DNA of 57,160 nt from a virus, in IMG/VR virus record IMGVR_UViG_3300037493_005727, positions 133,091-190,250 of that record. One strand, given 5' to 3'. The notes beneath the pieces are model-generated. The model did no database searches, had not been told where the DNA came from, and worked only from the letters and a program-made list of their open reading frames with translations. Positions 27,901-36,071 of the stretch are shown piece after piece (the stretch's first letter is position 1; each line of letters starts with the position of its first letter). A program made the translations under genes and the position numbers.

Positions 27901-29154
27901 ATGCAGACTGACGCCTACCAACTGGGATACCTGGACGCTGCCCTCGACTTCGGGCTCACCAAGGAGGCTTGGGCCAAGGCTATCCTCCCGGCCGCAGGCG
28001 CTGCGATGGGCGCAATGCTCGCTCCTGAGGGTGAAGGCTGGCAGGGCGCGGCCCTCGGCGGTCTGGGCGCTTTGGGCGTTCAGAGCGCCGCCCTCGCAGG
28101 AGCCAAGGGGATCGGAAACGCCTTCAAGCGTACGCCCTCCCCGCACGCACCCACTCCTGGCGGGAGCCAGATGGCTCAAAGCGCGAACCTCAAAGGGCTC
28201 ACCCCCGCACAGCAGGACTTGAACAAGATGCACCGGCAGGAGGAGATGTTCGGGAAGACGCAGGACATGCTCAAGCGTGAGATGGCGAGCACTGACGCGG
28301 AGCTCGCACGCAACAAGGCGTCAATGGGCCCTCATCCGCTACCGCCGAAGCCCGCCGTGTCTCCTGAGACCGCCGCAGCGTCGAAACACTACGGAACAGA
28401 CCCCGCGCTGGTCACCGCGATGATGAACGCCCCCGGTCCGATGAAAGGCGCGCCCCAGCGCCACGCACCGGGGCCGCAGATGGACGCGGATCTTCAGGCG
28501 CTCCACGGGGGTATGTCCCCTCCTGGGGCCCTTCCTCCGAAGTCCGTGCCGCAGCAAATGAACGATGAGCTGCAGGCGGCTTCGAATCCGCCGATCCCTG
28601 GGACGACGAAGAAGGCCCCGAAAGAGAAGAAGGAAAAAGAGAAGGGGCGCAAGAAGAAAGCGTCTCTTGAAGACTTCAAGATCGCGGTGGACGTCTCCGC
28701 GGGTGTCTCTCTTCCCATTCTTGGTGGGGCGAGCGTCGGGTTCAAAGATCAGCGTGAGCGCCTTCCTGGGATGAGCCGTTGGGTTCCCCGGAGTACGGTT
28801 GAGCGTGGATTCGACTACGCCGATGAAGGCGTTGACCCGCAGGCTGTCGCAGAACAGGAAGCCGATCGCGGGTCCCTTTCGCATCCGTTGCTGGGCGCGG
28901 CTCTCGCAGCGGCGGGCGTAGCTAAGTTCCTCCCGCAAAGCGGTCCTCTCGGTCCTCTGCTCGGGGGTCTGGTGGGTGGCGGTCTTGGGACTCTGTATAA
29001 CCAAGCCACCCAGGGGCGGCGGATCGAAGAGGGTCTCGAGGCGCACACTGGGGCGCAACGTGAGCGTGAGAAGTTTCCGATTCGACGCCACGGCTCTCAA
29101 ACCGCGAATGAGTCGACGCCGTTGGCGGTCTCACGAGGCCACGGAGACGCGTGA
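27901..29154 (+). CDS. Gly/Ala/Pro-rich virion protein (417 aa), possible internal or ejection protein
   Basis: Long ORF with an N-terminal Gly/Ala-rich amphipathic region, a Lys-rich segment and the last large gene of the rightward block. Confidence 0.55.
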   Translation: MQTDAYQLGYLDAALDFGLTKEAWAKAILPAAGAAMGAMLAPEGEGWQGAALGGLGALGVQSAALAGAKGIGNAFKRTPSPHAPTPGGSQMAQSANLKGLTPAQQDLNKMHRQEEMFGKTQDMLKREMASTDAELARNKASMGPHPLPPKPAVSPETAAASKHYGTDPALVTAMMNAPGPMKGAPQRHAPGPQMDADLQALHGGMSPPGALPPKSVPQQMNDELQAASNPPIPGTTKKAPKEKKEKEKGRKKKASLEDFKIAVDVSAGVSLPILGGASVGFKDQRERLPGMSRWVPRSTVERGFDYADEGVDPQAVAEQEADRGSLSHPLLGAALAAAGVAKFLPQSGPLGPLLGGLVGGGLGTLYNQATQGRRIEEGLEAHTGAQREREKFPIRRHGSQTANESTPLAVSRGHGDA

Positions 29155-29354
29155 TGCTGCGTTTGGCGAAAGCCGCAGGGGAAGCGGCGGCCCTCAGCTC
29201 GTTTGGGCTGTCTCACGGGACGCCGCTTCCGCCACCATCTTGGGCTCAACGTTGGTTGAGTGAAGAATCGAAGAACGGGACCAAGAAGATCACGATTCCG
29301 TCGATGTCTCAGGGGAGCCTAAAAAAGGAAGCTCCGACGGCGTCGGCGAAGTGA
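29151..29354 (+). CDS. small hypothetical protein (67 aa)
   Basis: ATGATG start overlaps the upstream stop. It conflicts partly with the leftward ORF 29290..29559. Confidence 0.3.
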   Translation: MMLRLAKAAGEAAALSSFGLSHGTPLPPPSWAQRWLSEESKNGTKKITIPSMSQGSLKKEAPTASAK

Positions 29355-29559
29355 ACGACACCCACCCCTGACCCTTCCAGTACAGCAGGATCGAAAGGAT
29401 GCGTACGCGCATCTTCTTCTGCATCTCTTCGTCGAACGGCGCGTCCAGGTTGTCCATCGCCAGCGCGCCTGTCCCCTGGATGAGCTCTTTCCAAAGCTCC
29501 TCGAGGGTATGCCCTTCGTGAAAAGACCACGACGCAACAGGTGGTGAGAACGTCACCAC
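29290..29559 (-). CDS. hypothetical protein (89 aa)
   Basis: Leftward ORF with a natural-looking core (EELWKELIQGTGALAMDNLDAPFDEEMQKK). The start is uncertain because the GTG lies inside a 10-bp palindrome. Confidence 0.35.
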   Translation of the reverse strand: MVTFSPPVASWSFHEGHTLEELWKELIQGTGALAMDNLDAPFDEEMQKKMRVRILSILLYWKGQGWVSFTSPTPSELPFLGSPETSTES

Positions 29560-29599
29560 CTGCTGCGCCGGATCTTCCGCGTGCTGCGCGATGTGTACG

Positions 29600-29986
29600 T
29601 CAGGCCTCAGGATCGAACCCGAGGCTCTTGGCGTACTTCGTCACGCCGATACCGACGAGGGCGCCAACCGTGACGTCCTTCTCCTTCGCGGTGGCCTTCA
29701 GGAACTTCAGGACGCCCTTGGCGACCTGCCCCTGCGCCTTGGTGCCCGCGACGCGCTTCGGCTTCTTCTCCGCCTTCGGAGCCTTCGCCTTGGCGACGCG
29801 CTTCGCCTTCTTCTCCGCCTTCGGAGCCTTCGCCTTGTCCGCGCGCTTGGTGTACTTCCGCTTGGCCTTCGGCTCCGTGGAGGCGACGGCCTCTGCGGGA
29901 ACAGCGGTCAGCGGTACCGGCGCTGCGGCGGCGGCGGGAGGAGGAGGAACAGGGGCGGCGGGGACTACGGTTGCTGTGGTTTCCAT
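29600..29986 (-). CDS. histone H1-like Lys/Ala-rich DNA-binding protein (128 aa)
   Basis: Repeats AKAPKAEKKAKRVAKAKAPKAEKKPKRVAG correspond to a tandem DNA repeat of about 45 bp, like H1 or actinobacterial HU-tail AKKA repeats. Confidence 0.55.
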   Translation of the reverse strand: METTATVVPAAPVPPPPAAAAAPVPLTAVPAEAVASTEPKAKRKYTKRADKAKAPKAEKKAKRVAKAKAPKAEKKPKRVAGTKAQGQVAKGVLKFLKATAKEKDVTVGALVGIGVTKYAKSLGFDPEA

Positions 29987-30035
29987 CTTTCGACTCCTTG
30001 GGTGTGGTTTGGTGCTGCGACTCGTTTGTAACGCA

Positions 30036-30776
30036 TCATTCGATTGGGATCAACAGCTTCTCACGATACCCCGAATTCAGTTGGGTTGGGTACCCGAACG
30101 GGTTGCAGACGATCCGCGTACCCGAAAGCTGATAATCGAACGAATCATGTGTGTGGCCGTGTACCCAGAGCGCCGGACGCTTGTCAAGGATGAGTTGATC
30201 CGTCTCGGACACAAAGAACGGGTTCGTCGCCGATCCCTTGTACCGGGGGGACACGCTCTTCAAGGTAGGGAGGTAGTGGGTCAGCACTACGTCGCCCTCC
30301 TGCAAATTTTTCTTCAAGAAGTCGTTGAACTTACGGTTCTCCTGGACCAGCCAGGGATGGAAGTCAACGATCTGAGTGAAGTCGTTCATGCGGGTGCTGG
30401 CATACTCGGACATCGGGCTCCACTGAGGCACCCACATCGGACCTCCGAGGAACCGCCGCCCTTTGATGGTGACCAGCTGGTTGTCGAGCATGACGACGTT
30501 GGGAAGCCCAGTGGTGGCGCTTCGAAGAGTTGAGATCGCCTCCGCAGGCTTGAGCTTCCACAGCTCGTGGTTCCCAGGAACGTACAGGATCTGCGGGTAT
30601 TTCGCGGCCAGCTTCTTGAAGACAATCTTGGCCTGGTCGAGGAAGCGGGCCGACATGATGTCTCCCGCCAACAGCAGGATGTCAACGCCCGCGGGGTCCA
30701 TCGAATCAATGAACGCAGCTCCGTTGTCCCTGTGGAGCTCGAAGTGCAGATCGGACGCAACTTGGAGTGTCGGCAT
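30036..30776 (-). CDS. calcineurin-like metallophosphoesterase (246 aa)
   Basis: Motifs in order: DLHFE, GDIM..D, GNHE and HGHTH. Confidence 0.75.
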   Translation of the reverse strand: MPTLQVASDLHFELHRDNGAAFIDSMDPAGVDILLLAGDIMSARFLDQAKIVFKKLAAKYPQILYVPGNHELWKLKPAEAISTLRSATTGLPNVVMLDNQLVTIKGRRFLGGPMWVPQWSPMSEYASTRMNDFTQIVDFHPWLVQENRKFNDFLKKNLQEGDVVLTHYLPTLKSVSPRYKGSATNPFFVSETDQLILDKRPALWVHGHTHDSFDYQLSGTRIVCNPFGYPTQLNSGYREKLLIPIE

Positions 30777-30790
30777 GTGCTGGGTATACC

Positions 30791-30997
30791 CTAGTCGAGC
30801 TCAGGAAACCCAGAGGCTTCTGCATTGAGGATGTCGTCCGCGGACTCCCCAGTCTCTTCGCCCCACTGGGACCGAGGGGCCAACAGTTGGCCGCTCATGT
30901 TGTAGTCCGCGCCGCAGGTGCAGGTGTTCGTGAATCCGGAGCAGGTCACTGCCTCACCGCAGCTGCAAGTCACTGTCTTTCTTTTTCTCGCTTCCAT
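30791..30997 (-). CDS. small Cys-rich zinc-finger protein (68 aa)
   Basis: The ATG at 30997 has a GAGGAA RBS. Motif: TVTCSCGEAVTCSGFTNTCTCGADY. Confidence 0.5.
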   Translation of the reverse strand: MEARKRKTVTCSCGEAVTCSGFTNTCTCGADYNMSGQLLAPRSQWGEETGESADDILNAEASGFPELD

Positions 30998-31253
30998 CGT
31001 AGTTCCTCGCGTTTCGTGGCCCCGCCCACAGGACACTGCCGGGCCCGTAGGCCATGCGGTACTCCTGGAGAAGGTACGCTGCTTCTTTTTCATTCTCCGC
31101 GGTGTCGACTACTTCCGGCGGATTTCCGGGGTACTTGAACCAGATGCTGATCGTCATTTTTCCCTCACTGAGTTGAATCTTTGGAAGCTCTTCCTGGTGG
31201 TTCGACAAAGCTCGGCTTTGTGGAACCTCCTGGAAGATACGTACCGCTGTCAC
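30954..31253 (-). CDS. hypothetical protein (99 aa)
   Basis: The ORF overlaps the downstream start by about 45 nt. Confidence 0.45.
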   Translation of the reverse strand: MTAVRIFQEVPQSRALSNHQEELPKIQLSEGKMTISIWFKYPGNPPEVVDTAENEKEAAYLLQEYRMAYGPGSVLWAGPRNARNYDGSEKKKDSDLQLR

Positions 31254-31429
31254 CGCTACGGTGACCGTCCTAACAAACGGGTCTGAGGGTTACAGCATCA
31301 GCATGATCCGCATCAGCCGGTAGTAATCTCGCTGCGCCTCTACGTCTGCGGTCTCGATCCACTTCTCGAACGCAGGGAAGCGTTTACCCGTCACAGCTTC
31401 TACCTCTGAGAACTGGGTCCGCAGGTGCT

Positions 31430-31714
31430 TTACAGCCTCGGGCCGTGGAGTCTCCGGGACCGGCTTTTCATCAGACTGCTTTCCTTCTTCAGGAGCAGCA
31501 GCGCGTTCATCACGTCTTGGTACGCCTTCTTCTCCGGCGTGGTAACGAAGATCGAGCGGGAGTTGTACCCGGTAAATTCTTCGAGGAACCTCTCCGTGCT
31601 CTGATGGAGGTACACGCTCCACTTCTGGAGCTCGTCCACTGTCTGATGCAGCTTCCATGTGCGCTTGCTCCCTGCGTCGAGCTTCGACACTTTCACTTCG
31701 GCGGATGGTTTCAT
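31430..31714 (-). CDS. hypothetical protein (94 aa); a possible frameshift junction with the downstream reading frame
   Basis: The N-terminal 75 aa look natural. The last 18 aa look out of frame, while the alternative frame continues naturally to 31290. Confidence 0.4.
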   Translation of the reverse strand: MKPSAEVKVSKLDAGSKRTWKLHQTVDELQKWSVYLHQSTERFLEEFTGYNSRSIFVTTPEKKAYQDVMNALLLLKKESSLMKSRSRRLHGPRL

Positions 31715-31716
31715 GG

Positions 31717-31977
31717 CTACACCTTGGTTGTTCGTTTGAAGATGACATCCCCCCCGATCCAGACCTTGAGTTCCAGCAGGCCGTCTCGGTGGAGTCCTTC
31801 TACAGTGATGTCGTCGTGGTGGATTGAGCCCTCGGCTCTCTGCAGCACCTGGCAGCGAAACCCCCCGGAGCGGCTCCTGGGGCCCGTTCCGACTTTCGCT
31901 TTCCGCCCATCCACGCTGATGTTGAGCCAGAAGTTCCTAACGTTTCGGGGCATCGGCGGTGTCCTCCAAGTAAGCAT
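31717..31977 (-). CDS. hypothetical protein (86 aa)
   Basis: ORF. Confidence 0.4.
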   Translation of the reverse strand: MLTWRTPPMPRNVRNFWLNISVDGRKAKVGTGPRSRSGGFRCQVLQRAEGSIHHDDITVEGLHRDGLLELKVWIGGDVIFKRTTKV

Positions 31978-32272
31978 CTCCGTCCACTCGAATGTCCCCC
32001 ATCACCATGTTCGCGCCTTGGTCTACGGCGGTGCCAGTGATCTTCTGCGTCAGGGTTTGTTTCCCCGCTTTGATGGTGAGTACGCCCCCTTTCCGCATCA
32101 GCTCCTCGAAGAACGCTAGAAGCTCGTTTGGACGGTAGACCGTCGATTCGAAGAGGCACTTTCCTTTCGCGTGCTCTCCTTCCGGTTTGCCACACTGCGT
32201 ACAACCTTCGAGGTGATACCGAGAGAACGTGTACTTGAGATCCGCTCTGAACTTGTGGCCGTGTAGCTTCAT
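31937..32272 (-). CDS. C2HC zinc-motif family protein, paralogue A (111 aa)
   Basis: Motif CTQCGKPEGEHAKGKCLFE. It is full-length similar to the adjacent paralogue B. Confidence 0.55.
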   Translation of the reverse strand: MKLHGHKFRADLKYTFSRYHLEGCTQCGKPEGEHAKGKCLFESTVYRPNELLAFFEELMRKGGVLTIKAGKQTLTQKITGTAVDQGANMVMGDIRVDGDAYLEDTADAPKR

Positions 32273-32643
32273 CCGCCCACCCCTACGAGTTCGAGCTCTA
32301 CCGCCGTTCCCGTTGGTCCGCCGTAGACAGGGCTGAGTCTCCCCAGTTCGTAGTACGCCGGGTCGTTGGACAAGGTGTACTGATACGACGACGCTTTGAC
32401 CAAGTAGGACACCGAAGCTCCTCCAATGATCTCCAAGGTCAACTTCCCGTCCTTCGGGAGCTTCCCTTGGAACAACGCCGCCAGGATACGCTCTAGTGGC
32501 GCAGCGTCGAGCTTGGTGAAGTCGAACATACAGTCCTCCCCCATGTGCGCGATGATCGGCTTCTTACACTTTCTGCAGACCCCGCTTCCGAGGCTGCTTC
32601 TTCCGTACTCCTCGATGGTGAGTCGTGCCGTCAGTCTTTGCAT
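32269..32643 (-). CDS. C2HC zinc-motif family protein, paralogue B (124 aa)
   Basis: Motif CRKCKKPIIAHMGEDCMFD. The downstream region GKLPKDGKLTLEI matches paralogue A. Confidence 0.5.
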   Translation of the reverse strand: MQRLTARLTIEEYGRSSLGSGVCRKCKKPIIAHMGEDCMFDFTKLDAAPLERILAALFQGKLPKDGKLTLEIIGGASVSYLVKASSYQYTLSNDPAYYELGRLSPVYGGPTGTAVELELVGVGG

Positions 32644-33154
32644 AGTGCGCCTTGTAGTTGGTGGGGGAGAACAAGCACTTCCCTTTCACGTGGGTATCCT
32701 TGGCGTGGCCACAGTGAATGCACTGAGTAAACCAAGCCCAGTCGATCTGCCCGCTCTCGACCGTGATGTCCGAGTGCTTCGGGTGCGCCCCCCACCAGAT
32801 TCCACGTCCCGTGACTACCAGGTAGTCGGCGTGGGCTTCCGCGTTTAGCTCGTACCCGGGACGCGGAGGGACCAGAAACAGCTCTCCGTTGGACACCTGG
32901 TCCTCCATCTGGTCGAAGGCCGCCTCACCCACGAGCTCTTCAGCCGTGCTTCGTCGGATGAACGAAGCGCTCCAGCCATGGAGCTCAAAGGATGAGATGT
33001 CCTTCAGCCTTTTCTGTACGTCGGCGAAGGTCTTCTGAAGCTTGGGCAGCAGCTTCAGGAGATCCGGAGTCATCGTCACCACCGCGAAGTCGCAGTCGGC
33101 GTTGAAGTGCTCGTTGTTACTGCTCGCGCTTAGGAGGTAGCTTTGACCTGACAT
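32564..33154 (-). CDS. hypothetical protein with a C-terminal C2HC zinc motif and a basic tail (196 aa)
   Basis: Its C-terminus is CIHCGHAKDTHVKGKCLFS. Confidence 0.55.
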   Translation of the reverse strand: MSGQSYLLSASSNNEHFNADCDFAVVTMTPDLLKLLPKLQKTFADVQKRLKDISSFELHGWSASFIRRSTAEELVGEAAFDQMEDQVSNGELFLVPPRPGYELNAEAHADYLVVTGRGIWWGAHPKHSDITVESGQIDWAWFTQCIHCGHAKDTHVKGKCLFSPTNYKAHYAKTDGTTHHRGVRKKQPRKRGLQKV

Positions 33155-33384
33155 ACGAAGTCGACCTCCCGGATCTTGGCGTCGTACTCCTCATCCTCCT
33201 CGATGTACTGCCAGACGATCCCACCTTCTCGCATGTCCGCGAAGGCCTTCATCCGGGCTTCCTGCTCGTCCTTTGCATCGACGGTCAGGACCCCCCGCAT
33301 CCACGCCTTGCCGAGAAACTCGACGTTGTACCGGTTGAACTTTGGAGCTGGAGCCGGTTTCTTTTTAGGCGTCGCTCTCTTCAT
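33130..33384 (-). CDS. hypothetical protein (84 aa)
   Basis: ORF. Confidence 0.45.
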   Translation of the reverse strand: MKRATPKKKPAPAPKFNRYNVEFLGKAWMRGVLTVDAKDEQEARMKAFADMREGGIVWQYIEEDEEYDAKIREVDFVCQVKATS

Positions 33385-33385
33385 G

Positions 33386-33589
33386 TCAGCGCTCCTTCAG
33401 GTAGTAGGCCTCGAGCCACTTTAGGCCGCACTCAGTCGCTAGAAACTCAAGCTGGGCGTCGATACCCTCGTTGTTGATCTCCGAAGCCCTGAGCGTCATG
33501 ATTTCGTGCACCTGGTCATCCAGGTCGGCGTCTTCGTATTTCGCCTTGATGGCCGCGAAAACGCGCTTCTTCTTCTCAGAGACCCGCAT
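33386..33589 (-). CDS. hypothetical protein (67 aa)
   Basis: ORF ending in an ATGA overlap. Confidence 0.45.
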   Translation of the reverse strand: MRVSEKKKRVFAAIKAKYEDADLDDQVHEIMTLRASEINNEGIDAQLEFLATECGLKWLEAYYLKER

Positions 33590-33843
33590 CAGTCACATCC
33601 TCGTTCAGCGCGGTCGGCGCAGGTGTCGCACTGGTACCCTCGAGCTCTGTCCGCGGGGGTCAGCCGGTTCTCCTCTCCGCAGTTGGGACAGGGGAGGTTC
33701 CTCGGGTTGCTGTCGGTTTCCGCCCTCAGGGCGCTTCGCCCTCCAGGATCGGCGAACTCGCTCCGGTCTTCGTCGAAGTCCTGATCGTGGGAGTCGCCGT
33801 AGTCCACGTCGTCATCTTCCTCCATCGTCCCGGGGTTCGACAT
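33589..33843 (-). CDS. acidic protein with a C-terminal zinc ribbon (84 aa)
   Basis: The ATG at 33843 has an AAGGAG RBS. Motif: CPNCGEENRL...YQCDTCADRA. Confidence 0.5.
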   Translation of the reverse strand: MSNPGTMEEDDDVDYGDSHDQDFDEDRSEFADPGGRSALRAETDSNPRNLPCPNCGEENRLTPADRARGYQCDTCADRAERGCD

Positions 33844-34018
33844 ATGGGATCTCCTTCTTCGGTTCATTCTGCTGGTTGAGCTTCTCGAGGTTCGCGTTGA
33901 GCTTCTTGAGCTCACGAACCAGTTCAGGCATCGTGTACTCGAAGAACGTCCGGCCCATGGCCGTCTGGAAGAATTGCACCTCAGCCACGGGGCCATCTCC
34001 TTGAATACTTCGCAACAT
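33812..34018 (-). CDS. hypothetical protein (about 68 aa)
   Basis: Track ORF 33812..34174 trimmed to an internal Met. The start is uncertain. Confidence 0.3.
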   Translation of the reverse strand: MLRSIQGDGPVAEVQFFQTAMGRTFFEYTMPELVRELKKLNANLEKLNQQNEPKKEIPYVEPRDDGGR

Positions 34019-34286
34019 CTCCGTCAGTGACGTCAACAGTCTCTCCTTCGTCGTTGTAGCGGCTGATGAAGAAGGGTCCACGGATGACATCCCGGATCTC
34101 CGGCACGGGCCGATTGAACGGCAAGCCGGTGAGCTTTCCCTCCTCGTTGCAGATGAGGCCGACTCCGTCCTCAAGGGTCACGTTCTCGATGTACCCTCCA
34201 ACCAGGTCTTGCATTGGTTGCAGCCCCGCTGCGATGTCCATCACCTTCGGATCTCCGCCAACAGGGAACAGCAGTACTTTGGGCAT
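33981..34286 (-). CDS. hypothetical protein (101 aa)
   Basis: ORF. Confidence 0.5.
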   Translation of the reverse strand: MPKVLLFPVGGDPKVMDIAAGLQPMQDLVGGYIENVTLEDGVGLICNEEGKLTGLPFNRPVPEIRDVIRGPFFISRYNDEGETVDVTDGDVAKYSRRWPRG

Positions 34287-34385
34287 GGCTTCTCCTTTGT
34301 TACGCGTGGACTACTTTGGGGATGTCCGGCCCGGACATCCGTCGGGAAAACCCTCGAAGCACTGGCTCGGCCAGTACAAACAGCT

Positions 34386-34769
34386 GCCTCCACTACGGAG
34401 GCGTCGATCTAAAAATCGAATCTAGTTCACGCTTGAATCACTGTGTTCTGCACGATCCAGTCCTGGAGCTCGCACCCTCGGATGAGCTCGAGGAGAACTC
34501 AGAATTTGGATGTTGCCTGGTGACTCCAATCTGATCTGATCAGATTGGCCACAGGCCATCTTAAAGATGTCTCCACTACGGAGACGCTGGTTACTCCCAG
34601 TTTGCTGATTGGCGTGTCTACTTTGTTCGGTGAGCCGCCACTGGCGGCCTGTGCTCGACTACTCGCGATTACTTTGATTCACGGTCTCCGCCAGGCGCCG
34701 GCGGACGACATCTCCGGCTCGGGCAGTTTTGGCCTAGGGCCAACAAGAAGAAGTCGCCACTACGGCGAC
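34386..34769. repeat. three-unit hairpin array with covarying 6-bp stems, an identical ACTAC loop and 183/184-bp spacing (34386-34402, 34569-34585, 34753-34769)
   Basis: The three units are GCCTCC-ACTAC-GGAGGC, GTCTCC-ACTAC-GGAGAC and GTCGCC-ACTAC-GGCGAC. Compensatory changes occur at two stem positions. They lie in a 500-bp non-coding gap. Confidence 0.6.
34526..34548. promoter_or_regulatory. perfect 11-bp inverted repeat around a central T, GATC-rich (CCAATCTGATC-T-GATCAGATTGG)
   Basis: Direct reading of the sequence. It lies between hairpin units 1 and 2 of the array. Confidence 0.5.
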
Positions 34770-34783
34770 TAGCACTCTCTAAT

Positions 34784-35062
34784 CTAATCGCGATCTGTAA
34801 AATTGTACCCCGCGAGATACGACTCACGTAGGTAGAGAACGTAGAGACTCCGAGCTTCTGCGCCAGGGACTTTCAGGGTCACGGCGAGCTCGAGGGGGGT
34901 CGCTTGCTCCCGCTCCGTCGCCCGGTGCTCGTGCCCCAACTTGACTGCCTTACCCATCATACGGGCAAAAGAGTCGAAGTCAGTTTTCGGGAGCTTCTTC
35001 GGCTTGGGCGGCATGCCCTTCTTTGTATACCAGTCGAGGCAAAAGAAACAGCGCCCGTTCAT
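34784..35062 (-). CDS. hypothetical basic protein (92 aa)
   Basis: ORF. Confidence 0.45.
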   Translation of the reverse strand: MNGRCFFCLDWYTKKGMPPKPKKLPKTDFDSFARMMGKAVKLGHEHRATEREQATPLELAVTLKVPGAEARSLYVLYLRESYLAGYNFTDRD

Positions 35063-35102
35063 GGGCGCTGCTCTTCTTCCTCGCGGTGGAGGGTTCTACC
35101 TA

Positions 35103-35345
35103 CTACGCCGCCTTCTTGTGCTTCGACAGCTTGGCGGCGGGGCTGCGGGCCTGGGTCTTCTTGGCCTTCGCCTTCTTCTTGGTGTCGGCGCCCTTGACCT
35201 CCACCGCCACCTTCTCCTGCTTGCGGGGGCCGACCGCCTTTTCACGCGTGTATTCGTACGCGTCGGAGCCGAGGGCAACGCCGAGGAGGACGCCCGCGCC
35301 AGTGGCAACAGTGACCGCCGCGGTCTTCAGGAAAGTTCCGAGCAT
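35103..35345 (-). CDS. small membrane protein with a Lys-rich tail (80 aa)
   Basis: It has an N-terminal hydrophobic helix (LKTAAVTVATGAGVLLGVALG) and then a KKKAKAKK tail. Confidence 0.5.
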   Translation of the reverse strand: MLGTFLKTAAVTVATGAGVLLGVALGSDAYEYTREKAVGPRKQEKVAVEVKGADTKKKAKAKKTQARSPAAKLSKHKKAA

Positions 35346-35540
35346 GATTGTCTCCTTCCTTGGGGGCTACCCAAGAAACCCTGAGGGAACGCAACATCAA
35401 CCATCCGGGAAGATGGCTTGCGTTTACAACCCCACGGCCAGACCCACGTCGATCCCTGTCGGGTGCGAGGTCTTCCAGTAGGTACTAACTTCATCTCATA
35501 GTCTTGTACCCGCCTTTGGGCCGTTTTTATGAACCATGGC

Positions 35541-35568
35541 TTGACAGGGGTCTTTGGGGGGCTAATAT
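35541..35568 (+). promoter_or_regulatory. sigma70-like promoter (TTGACA-16 nt-TAATAT)
   Basis: Near-consensus -35 and -10 hexamers. It is the only such element upstream of the rightward PTH2 and tRNA-like unit. Confidence 0.5.
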
Positions 35569-35638
35569 GGGGGCATGAACAGCTCAAGCCATTGACGTCC
35601 GGCCCGAAGCACCCCAGGACCCGTGGACTCACTACTGT

Positions 35639-35932
35639 GTGATCCGCAGAGACCTACCCCGCGGTACCCAAGCTGCCCAACTGATTCACGCCGCTGGCCA
35701 CTCATCGCCAGGCACGAATCTCCCCTCAGGAACCTACGCCATCGCCCTGTCCTGCCAAGATGAGGCTGAACTGCGTTCGCTCTCTGAGCGCCTGGAAGTC
35801 GCTGGCATTCCACACCACCGAATCAACGAGCCAGACGAGCCCTACAACGGGCAACTCATGGCCATCGGGCTGCCGCCCGCCTACAAGTCCACCTACCGGA
35901 GGTACATCTCGAATTTGCCTTTGATCAAATAG
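35639..35932 (+). CDS. PTH2-family peptidyl-tRNA hydrolase (97 aa, GTG start)
   Basis: IRRDLPRGTQAAQLIHAA matches the PTH2 N-terminal motif (V-R-x-D-L-x-M-G-K-G-K-x-A-A-Q-x-x-H-A-A). The C-terminal part ...SCQDEAELRSL...AGIP...INEPD...MAIGLPP parallels KAPDEE...L...GL...IxDAG...LGIGP. Confidence 0.55.
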   Translation: MIRRDLPRGTQAAQLIHAAGHSSPGTNLPSGTYAIALSCQDEAELRSLSERLEVAGIPHHRINEPDEPYNGQLMAIGLPPAYKSTYRRYISNLPLIK

Positions 35933-35993
35933 TCTTATGGGGCGAGCGGTAGTATGGCGCTTCGGGAGGTTCGACTCCTCCCCGCCCCACCAT

Positions 35994-36068
35994 GCTTCGT
36001 TACCTCAGTTGGTAGAGGGCCCAGAGTAATGACCTGGGAAGTCGGGGGTTCGAATCCCCCACGAGGCT
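35994..36068 (+). tRNA. tRNA-like gene with canonical acceptor, D and T arms but an apparent 9-nt anticodon loop (AGTAATGAC); identity unresolved
   Basis: Acceptor GCTTCGT/ACGAGGC, D arm CCTC-AGTTGGTA-GAGG and T arm GGGGG-TTCGAAT-CCCCC. The anticodon stem CCCAG/CTGGG encloses 9 nt. Confidence 0.5.
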
Positions 36069-36071
36069 CTT

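Noticed and set aside
31445-32119. Top-strand ORFs inside the leftward block (31445..32119, 35023..35481, 38056..38646, 41322..41877, 41921..42853, 42763..43638, 45154..45675, 48679..49521, 49136..49627)
   Set aside because: Each overlaps better-supported leftward genes and has a Arg/Leu/Gly-rich shadow composition. The exception is 46152..46997, which has no competing ORF and was retained.
34386-34769. Possible CRISPR array from the regularly spaced repeats
   Set aside because: There are only three 17-nt hairpins with differing stems. The 166-nt intervening sequences are much longer than spacers, the repeats are not identical, and no cas genes are present.
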